From an uncultured Nitrososphaerota archaeon (GTDB taxonomy: Archaea; Thermoproteota; Nitrososphaeria; Nitrososphaerales; CADDZS01), in assembly GCA_963799845.1 (NCBI GenBank), contig CAWCYI010000004.1:576001-640000 (forward strand): a DNA stretch of 64,000 bases. Reading direction: 5' to 3'. A program made the position numbers and the translations under genes. Below, piece after piece: positions 10,172 to 20,706 of this stretch. The notes beneath the pieces were generated by a model that made no database searches, was not told the DNA's origin, and saw only the letters and a program-made list of their open reading frames with translations. Position 1 is the stretch's first letter, and every line of letters starts with the position of its first letter.

Positions 10172-10693
10172 TCAGAAATCCCACAAGTCTGCGAAGTTTT
10201 CTACAACGTCTTTTCTTTGAAAGTCTTGCCTGATACCGGCAAGTAGCGACTGAACATGTTCTCTGTTTTGGAGTTCCACTTTGAAGTTTCCGTCTTCTGA
10301 AAGAGTCAACCTCACCAAGTTCGCGCTCAGGAGCTCGTGAACATGTTCGCTGACGGTTGACTTTGCAAACCCGGTTCTTTCGGCTAATTCTTTGTTCGAA
10401 AGCAGACCCAGATTGCCAAGTTCGAGCATGATCTTGAAAGTAGTTTTGCTCCTAGACAGAGAATAGATCAGCCTGTCTTTTTCAGACGTACCAGGAGGAT
10501 AGAAACGAGAGTAACCTGAACTCTTTTCGCACACGATTTCGCCCGAATCGGACATTTTTTCGGTGTTGTATCTTATGGCATTGAACGAGACTCCCAAAGA
10601 TCTTTGAAGTTCTCTCAGATGTATCCCTGGGCTCTGGCAAATAAGCCCGAGTATCCTCGATCTGTTGTCTGATCTCAGGCTCAAATCATTCAC
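10172..10693 (-). CDS. tandem winged-HTH transcriptional regulator (archaeal ArsR-like)
   Basis: PGIHLRELQRSL followed by a second HTH, SNKELAERTGFAKSTVSEHV. Confidence 0.85.
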   Translation of the reverse strand: MNDLSLRSDNRSRILGLICQSPGIHLRELQRSLGVSFNAIRYNTEKMSDSGEIVCEKSSGYSRFYPPGTSEKDRLIYSLSRSKTTFKIMLELGNLGLLSNKELAERTGFAKSTVSEHVHELLSANLVRLTLSEDGNFKVELQNREHVQSLLAGIRQDFQRKDVVENFADLWDF

Positions 10694-10826
10694 TCACTGT
10701 TTGACTAAGGATTCTATTAGAGTGAGCAACAAATAATTCAAGTTTTTCCATTTACGTGTTTCTTTAGTTCGTGGTTTGAACCTGTTTGGAGAGGATTATT
10801 GGTAGGATTCGGGGCCGATATCTGAA

Positions 10827-11240
10827 GTGTCTAGGAAGCTTATTAGTATCGACTCTTTTGTATGGGAGTGCTTGGATTTGAAAGACTCGGACCAGCTCAA
10901 GAATGAGAAATTCATCTTTCTGACGACAAAAGGTAGAAAGACCGGGAAAATGCACGTCGTTGAACTTTGGTTTGCTAACGCGAATAACAAGATATACCTG
11001 AGTCACGAAGGGGCGTTTACCGACTGGATGAAGAACATAGAAAAAGATGGCAGCGTGAAAATGAAGATAGGATCTGAGAATTTGGAAGGCTCTGCTGGCA
11101 TAGCTCCCATCGGCAGCGACGCAAGAGAAGTGGGAAAAAAGGCACTTTATGAAAAATATTACGGACCAGTCTCCCAGCAAGCGCTTGACGATTGGTTTGA
11201 ACTATCCGCTGTGATCGAAATCAGTCCTGACTCTTCTTAA
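10827..11240 (+). CDS. deazaflavin (F420)-dependent nitroreductase/DDN-like split-barrel protein
   Basis: LTTKGRKTGK...LWF and DW.KNI motifs. Confidence 0.75.
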   Translation: MSRKLISIDSFVWECLDLKDSDQLKNEKFIFLTTKGRKTGKMHVVELWFANANNKIYLSHEGAFTDWMKNIEKDGSVKMKIGSENLEGSAGIAPIGSDAREVGKKALYEKYYGPVSQQALDDWFELSAVIEISPDSS

Positions 11241-11336
11241 GAAAGATTGTTGCCTTTGAAGATACTAAAGGAACTAAAAATTCAATTCCGCAGAAATTTA
11301 CTCAACTAGCATATTCTCCTGATTGAGCAATTAGTC

Positions 11337-12908
11337 ATGTTTTCTGTTGAAGCGCTGATAGCTGCCTTTCTTGCGGTAATGCTACTCGCTTCGTTTATCT
11401 CGCTTAGAGCGAAAGTTCCTTACACCCTTGTTCTGGTAATCTTAGGAATAATTCTTTCCGCAGCATCCGGCCTCTCGATTCTGGGGCAAGCGAATATTCA
11501 GCAAGCTGTCTTACAAATGAGCTCCTTCTTTGCCGGCTTGACCGGTGGTCAAACCGGCGGACTCTTTGTAGGACTCGTGGTTCCACCTCTTCTTTTCGAA
11601 GCAATGATTCAGATAAGATCGGATGACTTGAGGGCGGTGATCAAACCGGCGATCGTTCTTGCGACGGTCGGCGTTTTGATATCGACGATTGTGGTGGGAC
11701 TGATATTATGGAAAATTGCCAATCTGTCGTTTCTCGTTTCATTTCTTTTTGCCGCGATAATCTCGCCCACGGATGTGGCAACGGTACTTGAAGTCTTTCG
11801 CAAAGCGAAGGTCCCGTCCAAGCTCTCTACCATGATGGACACCGAAGCGGCTTTCAATGATGCGACCGGAATTGGAGTTTTTACGATCATTCTGGCATCC
11901 GCGACATTTGGGAAAGTATCGGTCCTGTCTGCGGCGTCGAGCTTTGTGGTGTTGTTCGCTGGGGGCGCTCTTGTTGGTCTGATCGTGGCGTTTTTGGCAG
12001 AGCTGCTAGCGAGCGTTATTTCAGATAAACTGACGCAAACAATCCTGACTATTTCAGTTGTCTATGGATCGTATGCCCTTGCCTCATCGCTGGGGGTATC
12101 GGGGTTGATCGCGGTCGCAGTAGTGGGTTTGTATTTTGGTAATTTTACAATAAGGACGACGATGGGCCCTTCTTCGAGGGAGACGATTACCCTTTTCTGG
12201 CAAATCGCTGCTTTTCTCGGAAACTCGGTCGCGTTTCTTTTCATTGGATTCAGCACTGACATATTCAAAGTAGCAGCGTCGATTGGTCTGATAGTTCTCG
12301 CATATCTGGCAGTCACCGCTGCCAGAGCAGCTTCGGTCTATCCCATCCTCACAATTTTCGACAGATTTGACGGCAAAATACCGCTAAAGTGGAGAAATGT
12401 CAGCATGCTCGGCGGGATGCGAGGAGCGTTGTCGATTGCACTGGCTGTTTCAATTCCCGCCGCGGTACTTTCTAGCTCGGATGAATCGTTGTTAACGACG
12501 CTCGTTCTGGGCGTTGCTTTCATTTCGATAAGCATTCAGGCTGCGGCGTTGTTTCGGTACATTAGAAGGAAATTTCCTGCTGAACAACGTGCAACTGTTG
12601 AGAGTCTGAATGCGAGACTATCAAAATCCGCCTCTGCAATCGAGTCCTTGGAGAGGCTCAGGGAAGAAGGTGGAATATCCGACGAGGAGTTCGCCACTCA
12701 ACTTGAAAGCGATCGGGAAGAGCTTCGCGACGTTATGAGAGAAATAAACGCAAATGTAGATCCCAGGAGCATTCTCAGACAAAGAGCCGCCGAACTTTAC
12801 TCTAATGTCCTGTCAAATCCTGTCACCAGGGCGAGGCATGAGTTTCGTGCTGAGAAGAATGGCAAATCGAAAGGGGATCACGACAAAGACGAGGATGGGT
12901 CGAAATAA
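11337..12908 (+). CDS. Na+/H+ antiporter, CPA1 family
   Basis: PPLLFE, ISPTDVA, EAAFNDATG, GVSGLIAV and GGMRGALS motifs. Confidence 0.92.
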   Translation: MFSVEALIAAFLAVMLLASFISLRAKVPYTLVLVILGIILSAASGLSILGQANIQQAVLQMSSFFAGLTGGQTGGLFVGLVVPPLLFEAMIQIRSDDLRAVIKPAIVLATVGVLISTIVVGLILWKIANLSFLVSFLFAAIISPTDVATVLEVFRKAKVPSKLSTMMDTEAAFNDATGIGVFTIILASATFGKVSVLSAASSFVVLFAGGALVGLIVAFLAELLASVISDKLTQTILTISVVYGSYALASSLGVSGLIAVAVVGLYFGNFTIRTTMGPSSRETITLFWQIAAFLGNSVAFLFIGFSTDIFKVAASIGLIVLAYLAVTAARAASVYPILTIFDRFDGKIPLKWRNVSMLGGMRGALSIALAVSIPAAVLSSSDESLLTTLVLGVAFISISIQAAALFRYIRRKFPAEQRATVESLNARLSKSASAIESLERLREEGGISDEEFATQLESDREELRDVMREINANVDPRSILRQRAAELYSNVLSNPVTRARHEFRAEKNGKSKGDHDKDEDGSK

Positions 12909-12919
12909 GTTGGATATGG

Positions 12920-13555
12920 TCAAAGACTCTGGCTCGAAAAAACTAGAAAATTAGGTTTATTCTTGGCCGTTTGCGTTTTCACTCCAGGCGATTGTTTTCT
13001 CTCAAAATACAGTTCACCGATTAGAGCTCCAAATATGATTAGGGCCACGTATTCGTTGTACGGGGTCTCGGTGACATAGCCTGCGAGCGGAAACTGAAGT
13101 ACAACTTTTCCAATGTACATGGATTGAGTGATGTTAGTATCTATCAGCGGAATCGAACCAGGGTTGGCGTCCCCCTTCGTGGTAATTATTTCATTCCCAC
13201 CGCTATCGACATCAATGTTTACGATTCGATGTATAACAAAACATGGAACCTGGGTCTCACTGACTAGGGATGAGGAAGGAGTACTATCGCAAGGAAACAT
13301 CTCGGAGAGTTGTGGAGCGAAAACGATTACGTTTCCCTTTTGAAGTTGATTGAACGGAGTCCTGGTGATAAGAGCAACAGAACCGGGAAGAATGGTAGGT
13401 TGCATACTCGTTCCGGTAACTATGGTGAACGGATAGCTCTCTTGGGTCACAATTGTCAAAAGACCATATCCGCCGATGATCGCCAACACCGGGATGAAAT
13501 AGAGAATGTAGCGGAGAAACCGCAGTTTTGATCTGCCGGAGCTCATCTTTCGCAC
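12920..13555 (-). CDS. signal peptidase I, archaeal/Sec11 type (S26B)
   Basis: GTSMQP (Ser), VIHRI (His) and TKGDAN motifs; N- and C-terminal TM segments. Confidence 0.9.
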   Translation of the reverse strand: MRKMSSGRSKLRFLRYILYFIPVLAIIGGYGLLTIVTQESYPFTIVTGTSMQPTILPGSVALITRTPFNQLQKGNVIVFAPQLSEMFPCDSTPSSSLVSETQVPCFVIHRIVNIDVDSGGNEIITTKGDANPGSIPLIDTNITQSMYIGKVVLQFPLAGYVTETPYNEYVALIIFGALIGELYFERKQSPGVKTQTAKNKPNFLVFSSQSL

Positions 13556-13669
13556 TCAATCCTATTTTCCATTAGATCAAAAAAATTCGAGTCCAGCGAT
13601 CGGTTAACCCAGTAATTTTTATGTGAATTTCAACCTATTTCTGAATTTTGGAGAGTCGGCCGATCATGC

Positions 13670-13687
13670 ATCATGAAATCTCATGAT
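13670..13687. promoter_or_regulatory. palindrome ATCATGA-AATC-TCATGAT upstream of gdhA
   Basis: Perfect 7-bp inverted repeat about 22 bp upstream of TATA-like CTTAAATA (~13710). Confidence 0.45.
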
Positions 13688-13744
13688 ACATAGTTCGAAT
13701 TCTTCTCATCTTAAATAGGCAAATTTGACTAAACGAAAAGTGCG

Positions 13745-15007
13745 ATGGAAGCCGAGAATCCCTTCAACAACGCTCTCGCGCAACTTGCCTCTATTGCCGA
13801 CATTGTATCAATAGAGCCTGAATACTATGAGATGCTGAAGAGTCCGAGGAGGGAAGTGATAGTTGCTCTTCCCCTGAAGTTGGGAGACGGAACTTCGGTT
13901 ACATTTACTGGGTATCGAGTCCAGCACAACAACGCAAGGGGTCCGTACAAGGGCGGGATAAGATATCATCCAAACGTTACCCTGGGCGAGGTGAAGGCGC
14001 TGGCAATGTGGATGACCTGGAAAGCTGCGGTGATCGACATTCCTTTTGGAGGTGCGAAGGGTGGAGTCACTGTCGACCCGAAAAAACTCAGCAATGACGA
14101 TCTTGAAAGATTAACGCGAAAATATATTTCCGCCATTGATCGGGACATCGGTCCGGAAGTCGACATACCCGCCCCTGACCTGAACACAAATCCTCAGACA
14201 ATGGCTTGGATAATGAACGAGTATTCCAGATTACACGGGCACAACGTGCCGTCCGTCGTGACTGGAAAACCAATCGAAATCGGGGGATCGGAGGGGAGAG
14301 CCGCCGCGACGGGCAAAGGAGTTGCAATTTGCACTCGGGAGGCCATAAGGAAGTACCTTCATCGAGATGTGAAAGACGTGACTGTTGCCGTGCAGGGATT
14401 CGGAAACGTGGGTTCGAACACGGTAAAATCGCTCATGGAAATGGGCGCGAGGATTGTAGCGATGAGCGATGTCGTCGGAGGTGCCAAACCCAAGTCGTCC
14501 AGCGGATATTTTGAACAGTCGTTTGAATCACTCATTGAAAATTCCACCAAACTGGGGTCAATTAGCAGGATTCCGAATATTCAGCGAATCTCCAACGAAG
14601 AAGTGCTTGAGACCGAGTGCGATATTCTGATCCCGGCAGCTCTTGAAAATCAGATAACCGAAAACAACGCAAACAAGGTCAAGGCGAAAATTGTGGTTGA
14701 AGCTGCGAACGGCCCTACCACACCCATGGCAGACAAGTTGCTTGAGAGGGCAGGAGTGAGACTGGTTCCAGACATACTAGCAAATTCTGGAGGCGTTCTC
14801 GTTTCTTATTTTGAATGGGTCCAAAACTTGAATCGTGATCATTGGACCGAGGAAGAAGTGAACAATCGACTGGAACACAAAATGGTGCACGCGTTCAACG
14901 AGGTAGTCACGCTTGCCGAGAAGGACGGGATTGACCTGAGGCGTGCGGCTCTGGTACTTGCGGTTAACAAAGTAGTCGCGGCGATGAAACTATCGGGATG
15001 GCACTAG
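13745..15007 (+). CDS. gdhA: glutamate dehydrogenase (Glu/Leu/Phe/Val family)
   Basis: GPYKGGIRYHP, PFGGAKGG, DIPAPD, QGFGNVG, EAANGP and SYFEWVQN motifs. Confidence 0.95.
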   Translation: MEAENPFNNALAQLASIADIVSIEPEYYEMLKSPRREVIVALPLKLGDGTSVTFTGYRVQHNNARGPYKGGIRYHPNVTLGEVKALAMWMTWKAAVIDIPFGGAKGGVTVDPKKLSNDDLERLTRKYISAIDRDIGPEVDIPAPDLNTNPQTMAWIMNEYSRLHGHNVPSVVTGKPIEIGGSEGRAAATGKGVAICTREAIRKYLHRDVKDVTVAVQGFGNVGSNTVKSLMEMGARIVAMSDVVGGAKPKSSSGYFEQSFESLIENSTKLGSISRIPNIQRISNEEVLETECDILIPAALENQITENNANKVKAKIVVEAANGPTTPMADKLLERAGVRLVPDILANSGGVLVSYFEWVQNLNRDHWTEEEVNNRLEHKMVHAFNEVVTLAEKDGIDLRRAALVLAVNKVVAAMKLSGWH

Positions 15008-15175
15008 AAATTCATGCTCATTCGAAATCTACACTCCTATTCCTTCTACCAGCGATTGATTGCATACTTGCCTAAGCCTTCATACATGATTATATGCATA
15101 ATTTCTGCCATTGGTATTAGGACAATCTTCGAGCTTAACGGCGTCCTGTAATACATCTGAAAAGTGTGAGTAAAA

Positions 15176-16123
15176 TTGCCATCATTAGAAGCTATTAATC
15201 TTAGCAAGGCTTACGGAAGCTTTACTGCCCTTTCTAATTTGAACCTCAAGATAGAAGGAGCAAAGTGCGTCGGTTTTCTCGGTCCCAACGGGGCAGGAAA
15301 AACGACTACGTTGAAAATATTCACCGACATGATATTCGCGACTCAGGGGAAAGCTCTCATCAACGGCATTGTGGTTCATGAGAATAAGAGAGCGGCGCTC
15401 GAACATTGCGGAGCGCTGATCGAAAGCCCTGAAATTTACCCTTCGTTCACGCCGAACGAAGCGCTTTCAATGGTCGCGGAGATCAGGGGCGTGCCATCCT
15501 CCGAAAGATCCAAGAGAATCGACGAAGCAATAGCTGAAGTGAAAATGGAGGAATGGAAGGACAAAAAGGTTGGGAAGTTCTCCAAGGGGATGAAACAAAG
15601 GATAAACATCGCTTCGTCGCTCCTTTCAGAACCCGATATCCTTATTCTCGACGAGCCGACCACCGGGCTTGATCCCAGAGGGCAGGCTGAGGTTAGAGAT
15701 ATCGTCAAATCTCTAAAAAAGAGAAACCGGCTCATATTCATGAGTTCCCATCTTTTGCCTGAAGTCTCGGATGTCTGCGATGAAGTCGCGATGATTGATC
15801 ACGGCAAACTGCTTGTCTACGATACTCTCTCCAACGTTACGATGAAGTTTTCGGGCGACGGTGGTGCGAGCATCGTCGAAATCGGGCTGTCCAAACCGAT
15901 TGATGATTCGATGGTTTCTGGAAGTATTTCGAAGGTTAGCGGCGTAATCTCGGTTGAAAAAATGGATTCCAGAAACTTGAGGATAAAGTTCTCCGGGGGA
16001 ACCGAAGCTCAGGAAAGATTACTTTCCGACCTGGCCTCGATGAGAATCGGAATGATAAGTTTTAGAGCATCAAGCTCCGCGCTTGAAGACACTTATCTGA
16101 ATCTGATCAAGGATACCTTGTGA
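15176..16123 (+). CDS. ABC-2 type exporter ATP-binding protein
   Basis: Walker A GPNGAGKT, signature FSKGMKQR, Walker B LILDEP, SSH motif. Confidence 0.93.
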   Translation: MPSLEAINLSKAYGSFTALSNLNLKIEGAKCVGFLGPNGAGKTTTLKIFTDMIFATQGKALINGIVVHENKRAALEHCGALIESPEIYPSFTPNEALSMVAEIRGVPSSERSKRIDEAIAEVKMEEWKDKKVGKFSKGMKQRINIASSLLSEPDILILDEPTTGLDPRGQAEVRDIVKSLKKRNRLIFMSSHLLPEVSDVCDEVAMIDHGKLLVYDTLSNVTMKFSGDGGASIVEIGLSKPIDDSMVSGSISKVSGVISVEKMDSRNLRIKFSGGTEAQERLLSDLASMRIGMISFRASSSALEDTYLNLIKDTL

Positions 16124-16130
16124 TCATGAA

Positions 16131-17003
16131 ATGACTCAAAACGAACCGTCGTTAGAGGGTAACAAACTCCCGACAAGCATGACGCAGGTGGGGATTATCA
16201 TGCGCTACGAGATTTTGAATTACTTCAGGTCTCGAAGATTCTTCATCCTCTTGGTAATCGCTCTTCTGATTTCTGTACTTCTTACGCTTGTGGTTGGCTA
16301 CTACGGCGTGTCAAAGATTGCCGGATCACCGCCGCAACCTCTCGCATTTTACGGTGCCTGGTGGGGATTTGCCTCCAGCCTGGTTGTAGTATTTTGCGCA
16401 GTATTTTTCGGTGGAGATGCGATTTCGGGAGAATTTCAGAACAAGACTGGCTACTTTCTGGTGGGAAATCCAATCCGACGTTCATCGATTTACGTCGGAA
16501 AATGGATTGCCGCGTTGATTGCGTCGCTGATCATAATTGCGGTGTTTACTGCAATTCTAGTGGGCAACGGATTCTACTATTTTGGAGCTAACATTCCGAC
16601 CCAATTTGGAGAAGCTTTCCTGTTCACTTTGGTCTATCTGATCGCCGCACTCGGCTTCACTTTCTTTTTCAGCTCGCTTTTCAAGAGCAGTTCCTTCTCT
16701 ATCCTTGTAACTGTGATTCTGCTGCTGTTCGGATTCAGTCTCATAGATACGCTAGTGACGAACATTGCAAACGTAGAGCCGTGGTTCACCCTCAGTTATG
16801 GTTCGGGCATAATCACAAACGTGTTCACGGTTCCCTATCCTAACCATGTATCGACTCTTAGCGGATTCGGCGGTGGTGGGAGAGGCCCATCTCTGAAAGA
16901 GTTTATCCCGACAATTCCGGAAGGTCTCGCCATAATGGTAATCTACTTTGCCGTGACCGCGATTCTCGGTCTCCTGCTCTTCGAGAAAAAAGAGTTCAAC
17001 TAG
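16131..17003 (+). CDS. ABC-2 type exporter permease
   Basis: About 6 TM segments, DAISGE...PIRR..IY.GK motif, FEKKE C-terminus. Confidence 0.88.
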   Translation: MTQNEPSLEGNKLPTSMTQVGIIMRYEILNYFRSRRFFILLVIALLISVLLTLVVGYYGVSKIAGSPPQPLAFYGAWWGFASSLVVVFCAVFFGGDAISGEFQNKTGYFLVGNPIRRSSIYVGKWIAALIASLIIIAVFTAILVGNGFYYFGANIPTQFGEAFLFTLVYLIAALGFTFFFSSLFKSSSFSILVTVILLLFGFSLIDTLVTNIANVEPWFTLSYGSGIITNVFTVPYPNHVSTLSGFGGGGRGPSLKEFIPTIPEGLAIMVIYFAVTAILGLLLFEKKEFN

Positions 17004-17169
17004 AATTTCTTCATTGCCCGTTGGAGGCGTTTGGAGAATTTTCGAAATTAATTTTAAGATCGTGGTTGCTTCGGTTCTAGGAGAATGTTCTCTGACTAAT
17101 CATCAGGAAGATAGTTCCTGACTTCAGTAGCGTTTAATCCTTAACTTGATTGCAGTCGAGTGAAATAAT

Positions 17170-17925
17170 ATGCGTTTTGTCAGATTCGTTTCCAACGGCA
17201 AAGTTCTCGAAGGCTCCGAGGAAGATGGAATTCTAGTTGAGACAGAAGGAAAGTCCCACATCGAAGCCGAGGTGGTCTGGTTGCCCCCGGCTACCCCGTC
17301 CAAGATCATTGGGCTGGTTCTGAACTATCGCGACCATGCAGACGAGCTCGGACTCAGCATCTCTGAAGAGCCTGTAATATTCTTGAAACCCCCCAGCTCG
17401 CTAATAGGAAACTTTGGCGACATTGTCTATCCTAGCGGAGTCAAGTACATGCACTATGAAGGGGAGTTAGCTGTCGTAATCGGCAAGCCGGCGAGAAAAG
17501 TCAGTTCCAAAAGAACGATGGATTTTGTCAAGGGTTTTACGATCGCCAACGACGTTACGGTGCGTGACTACATTTCGAACACTTTTCGGCCGCCGCTGAA
17601 AGCGAAGGGATTTGATACTTTTTGTCCGGTTGGTCCCTCTGTTGTCACTCCGGACGAGGCTGGAGATATCTCAAATCTGAACATCAGAACACGGGTAAAT
17701 GGAGAACTTCGTCAGCAGGGCAACACTAAGAACCTCATACATCCAGTTCCGAAGTTGATAGAATTTCTGTCAGATTTCATGACCCTTCTGCCGGATGATC
17801 TGATACTCACGGGAACGCCGAAAGGCATTTCCCCCGTACATCCTGGGGACAAGATCGAAATTGAAATCGACAACCTCGGCAAACTCACGAACACGGTTGT
17901 CCCGGAATTAGAAAATGCGGAATAG
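17170..17925 (+). CDS. fumarylacetoacetate hydrolase family protein (HpaG-like isomerase/decarboxylase)
   Basis: LNYRDHA, HYEGEL, ANDVT, KGFDTFCP and ILTGTP motifs; adjacent to hpa genes. Confidence 0.88.
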   Translation: MRFVRFVSNGKVLEGSEEDGILVETEGKSHIEAEVVWLPPATPSKIIGLVLNYRDHADELGLSISEEPVIFLKPPSSLIGNFGDIVYPSGVKYMHYEGELAVVIGKPARKVSSKRTMDFVKGFTIANDVTVRDYISNTFRPPLKAKGFDTFCPVGPSVVTPDEAGDISNLNIRTRVNGELRQQGNTKNLIHPVPKLIEFLSDFMTLLPDDLILTGTPKGISPVHPGDKIEIEIDNLGKLTNTVVPELENAE

Positions 17926-18035
17926 ATCCCAAGTGTGTTGCACGAGTACTTCGATTCTTAGTCTCGGATGTACTTTCAAAATCTTAACCATTGCGCACTC
18001 CAAAAGACCCCGTTTCGAGCTCTGTAGACTCAGAA

Positions 18036-18093
18036 GAGCTTGAAACGAGCTGAACGCATTGAACAGAGCTTGAACGTCAGCTCTTCGGCTGAA
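18036..18093 (+). repeat. phased short direct repeats with TGAA core upstream of hpaB
   Basis: TGAA cores at 18041, 18051, 18060, 18071 and 18090, about 10-bp spacing, several preceded by GAGC(T). Confidence 0.4.
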
Positions 18094-18202
18094 AAGTGCT
18101 CACGTGTGAAACGCAGAAAAAAAATTCTACTTAAGAATCAATGGGAACTCGTAATTAAAGACTCCAAAAGAATATAGAAGTCCAGTCTCGAGCGAACACC
18201 CA

Positions 18203-19662
18203 TTGGGAGCAAGAACAGGAAAAGATTACCTCCAAGCTCTGGATTCGAACACTAGAGAAATATGGATCTCCGGGGAAAAACTCTCGACCGAATTGAGAAA
18301 GCACCCTGCATTTAGAGCGATGGCAAGTTCGATGGCCCACCTCTACGACATGCAGCACGATCCCGAGCTTTCAGAAGAGATGACGTATGTCTCTCCTTCT
18401 TCTGGCGAAAAAGTAGGGATGAGCTTCTTCAACCAAAGTCCGAAGCAGATCTCCTGAGGCGGCACCGGATGATGAAAATCTGGGCGGATTATTCCGGCGG
18501 CATGCTGGGTAGAACCCCGGATTACCTGAACAGCGACCTGATGGCTATCGCCTCGGCCTCCAAATTCTTCGGGCGGAAAGATTCGAGGTTCGGGGAAAAT
18601 GTCCAGAGATATTACGAATACGTCCGGGAAAATGATCTTCTCTTGACGCACACTCTGATCCACCCGCAGGCAAACAGGGGAGTGGGACCGAGCAAACAAT
18701 CCGACCCTTTCCTGGCTGCGCGCATCGTTGATCGGAATGATGAGGGAGTTGTCATCCGCGGTGCGAGGATGCTCGCAACGCTTCCGCTGGCCGACGAGAT
18801 TCTGGTATTTCCATCAACCGTTCTCAGAGGAACGACCGAGGACGCGCCATACTCTTTTGCATTCGGCTTGCCGGTCGCGACGAAAGGAATGAAGTTCATA
18901 TGCAGGGAGTCTTTCGCCGAGGAATCGAGATTTGATCATCCTCTCGCATCGCGGTTTGACGAGCAGGATGCGGTCGTTGTCTTCGATGATGTGGTCGTTC
19001 CATGGGATCGATTATTCCTGCTTGAGGATGTTGAAGCCGCGAACACGATGCAGGAGGTCAGCGGCGGTATTGTCCACATGGCGCACCAGGTCATGATAAA
19101 GAACGTGGCAAAGACGGAGTTCATCCTCGGGGTCGTCTCGATGATCGCAGACACGATCGGAATAACTGAATTCCAGCACGTCCAGGAAAAGATCGCGAAG
19201 ATAATCATGCTGGTCGAGTCGCTGAAAGCCATGGTCCGCGCCAGCGAAGCCGATTCAGCTTTGAACCAATGGGGGATCGTGACACCCGACTTTAAGCCGC
19301 TCAACGCGGGGCGAAACCTGTTTCCGAGGCTATATCCGAATCTTAGGGCAGTGATACAGCAGTTGTCAGCCAGCGGCCTTATGGCTCTGCCGACTGAGAA
19401 GGATATGAAAAGCGAAATTCGAAAGGACATTGACATGTACTATCAGGCAAAGAATACTTCGGCTGAAGAAAGAATTCGTCTCTTTCGACTGGCGTGGGAC
19501 ATTGCGGGCAGTTCGTTCGGATCAAGGCAGGAGCTCTACGAGCGATTTTTCTTTGGAGACCCGGTGAGGATGGCTGGAAATCTCTACAACTGGTACGACA
19601 AGCAGCCATACAAGGATCGTGTGAGGCAACTCTTGCACATGGACGAAAAAGATACACGATGA
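18203..19662 (+). CDS. hpaB: 4-hydroxyphenylacetate 3-monooxygenase, oxygenase component (1-bp frameshift near 18427)
   Basis: MGARTGKDYL N-terminus, GRTPDYLN, HPLASRFDEQDA and RQELYERFFFGDP. Adding one base at AGCTTCTT joins the two ORFs (MSFLQPKSEADLLRRHRMMKIW). Confidence 0.9.
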
Positions 19663-20639
19663 AAGAACCAGTACCGGATTTTGACATCGTCCGTACAGCC
19701 CACGTAGAATTTCGCGTGACAGACCTGGAAAGGTCCCGCGAGTTTTACGTGAAAACGCTGGGACTGGTTGAAACAGAGTCAACTAGGAACCGGATTTATC
19801 TCAGGGGCCTTGAGGATCGGTGCCATCATTCTCTGCTTCTGACGGAATCAAAGGAACCTGTCGTCGATCATGTGTCTTATCGAGTGAGAAATGAATTTGA
19901 TCTCGACGGGATTGTAGAATTACTCCAAAAACTTAATCTGCCTTTCAAATGGATTAAAGCTGAATCCGAAGAGAGAGGACAGGGTAGAGCATTGCGCTTT
20001 CAAGATCCTCTTGGGTTTCCTGTTGAATTTTTTTGCGAAATGAGTGAAGCCGAGTGGCTCTGGCAAAAATTCGATAGGCACCAAGGCGCGCGGATAATGA
20101 GAATCGATCACGTTAACATGCTTGTTCCGGACGTCGAGAAAGCTTCAGACTGGTACGTTTCAAAGCTCGGCTTTCAGTGCACAGAATACACCGAAACTGA
20201 AGGCAAGGACCCAAAATTATGGGGTACCTGGCTCAAGAGAAAGCCAACGGTTCACGATGTCGCGCTCATGAATGGTACAGGCCCGAGGCTTCACCACGCA
20301 GGATTTTTTGTCGCTGACAAACATAGCATCCTCGACGCCGCAGACCTCCTTGCCGCGAAGGGCTACCGCAAGTCCATTGAGCGCGGCCCCGGAAGGCACG
20401 GAATATCGAACGCATTTTTCCTTTACCTGCGAGACCCCGATGGGCATAGAATCGAGCTTTACACTGGAGACTATTTGAGCGCCGATCCGGACTGGAAGCC
20501 GATCAAGTGGAAGCTCGGAGATCCCCAGAGGCAGACGTTTTGGGGAGCTCCCGCTCCCGAAAGCTGGTTTAACGAGGCAAGCAAAGTTGTTTCAGTCTTC
20601 AACGGCGAAAAAATGAAAACAAGAAAACCCATTCTATAG
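19659..20639 (+). CDS. hpaD: 3,4-dihydroxyphenylacetate (homoprotocatechuate) 2,3-dioxygenase, VOC family
   Basis: HDVAL, GPRLHH, IERGPGRHGISNAFFLYLRDPDGHRIELY and PQRQTFWG motifs; ATGA overlap with the hpaB stop. Confidence 0.92.
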   Translation: MKEPVPDFDIVRTAHVEFRVTDLERSREFYVKTLGLVETESTRNRIYLRGLEDRCHHSLLLTESKEPVVDHVSYRVRNEFDLDGIVELLQKLNLPFKWIKAESEERGQGRALRFQDPLGFPVEFFCEMSEAEWLWQKFDRHQGARIMRIDHVNMLVPDVEKASDWYVSKLGFQCTEYTETEGKDPKLWGTWLKRKPTVHDVALMNGTGPRLHHAGFFVADKHSILDAADLLAAKGYRKSIERGPGRHGISNAFFLYLRDPDGHRIELYTGDYLSADPDWKPIKWKLGDPQRQTFWGAPAPESWFNEASKVVSVFNGEKMKTRKPIL

Positions 20640-20706
20640 TGATTCAGAGAGGAACCGGAGCGTTACATCTCTTTTTTTATAATCTCGTTTTAGAAATTCA
20701 AAGGAA

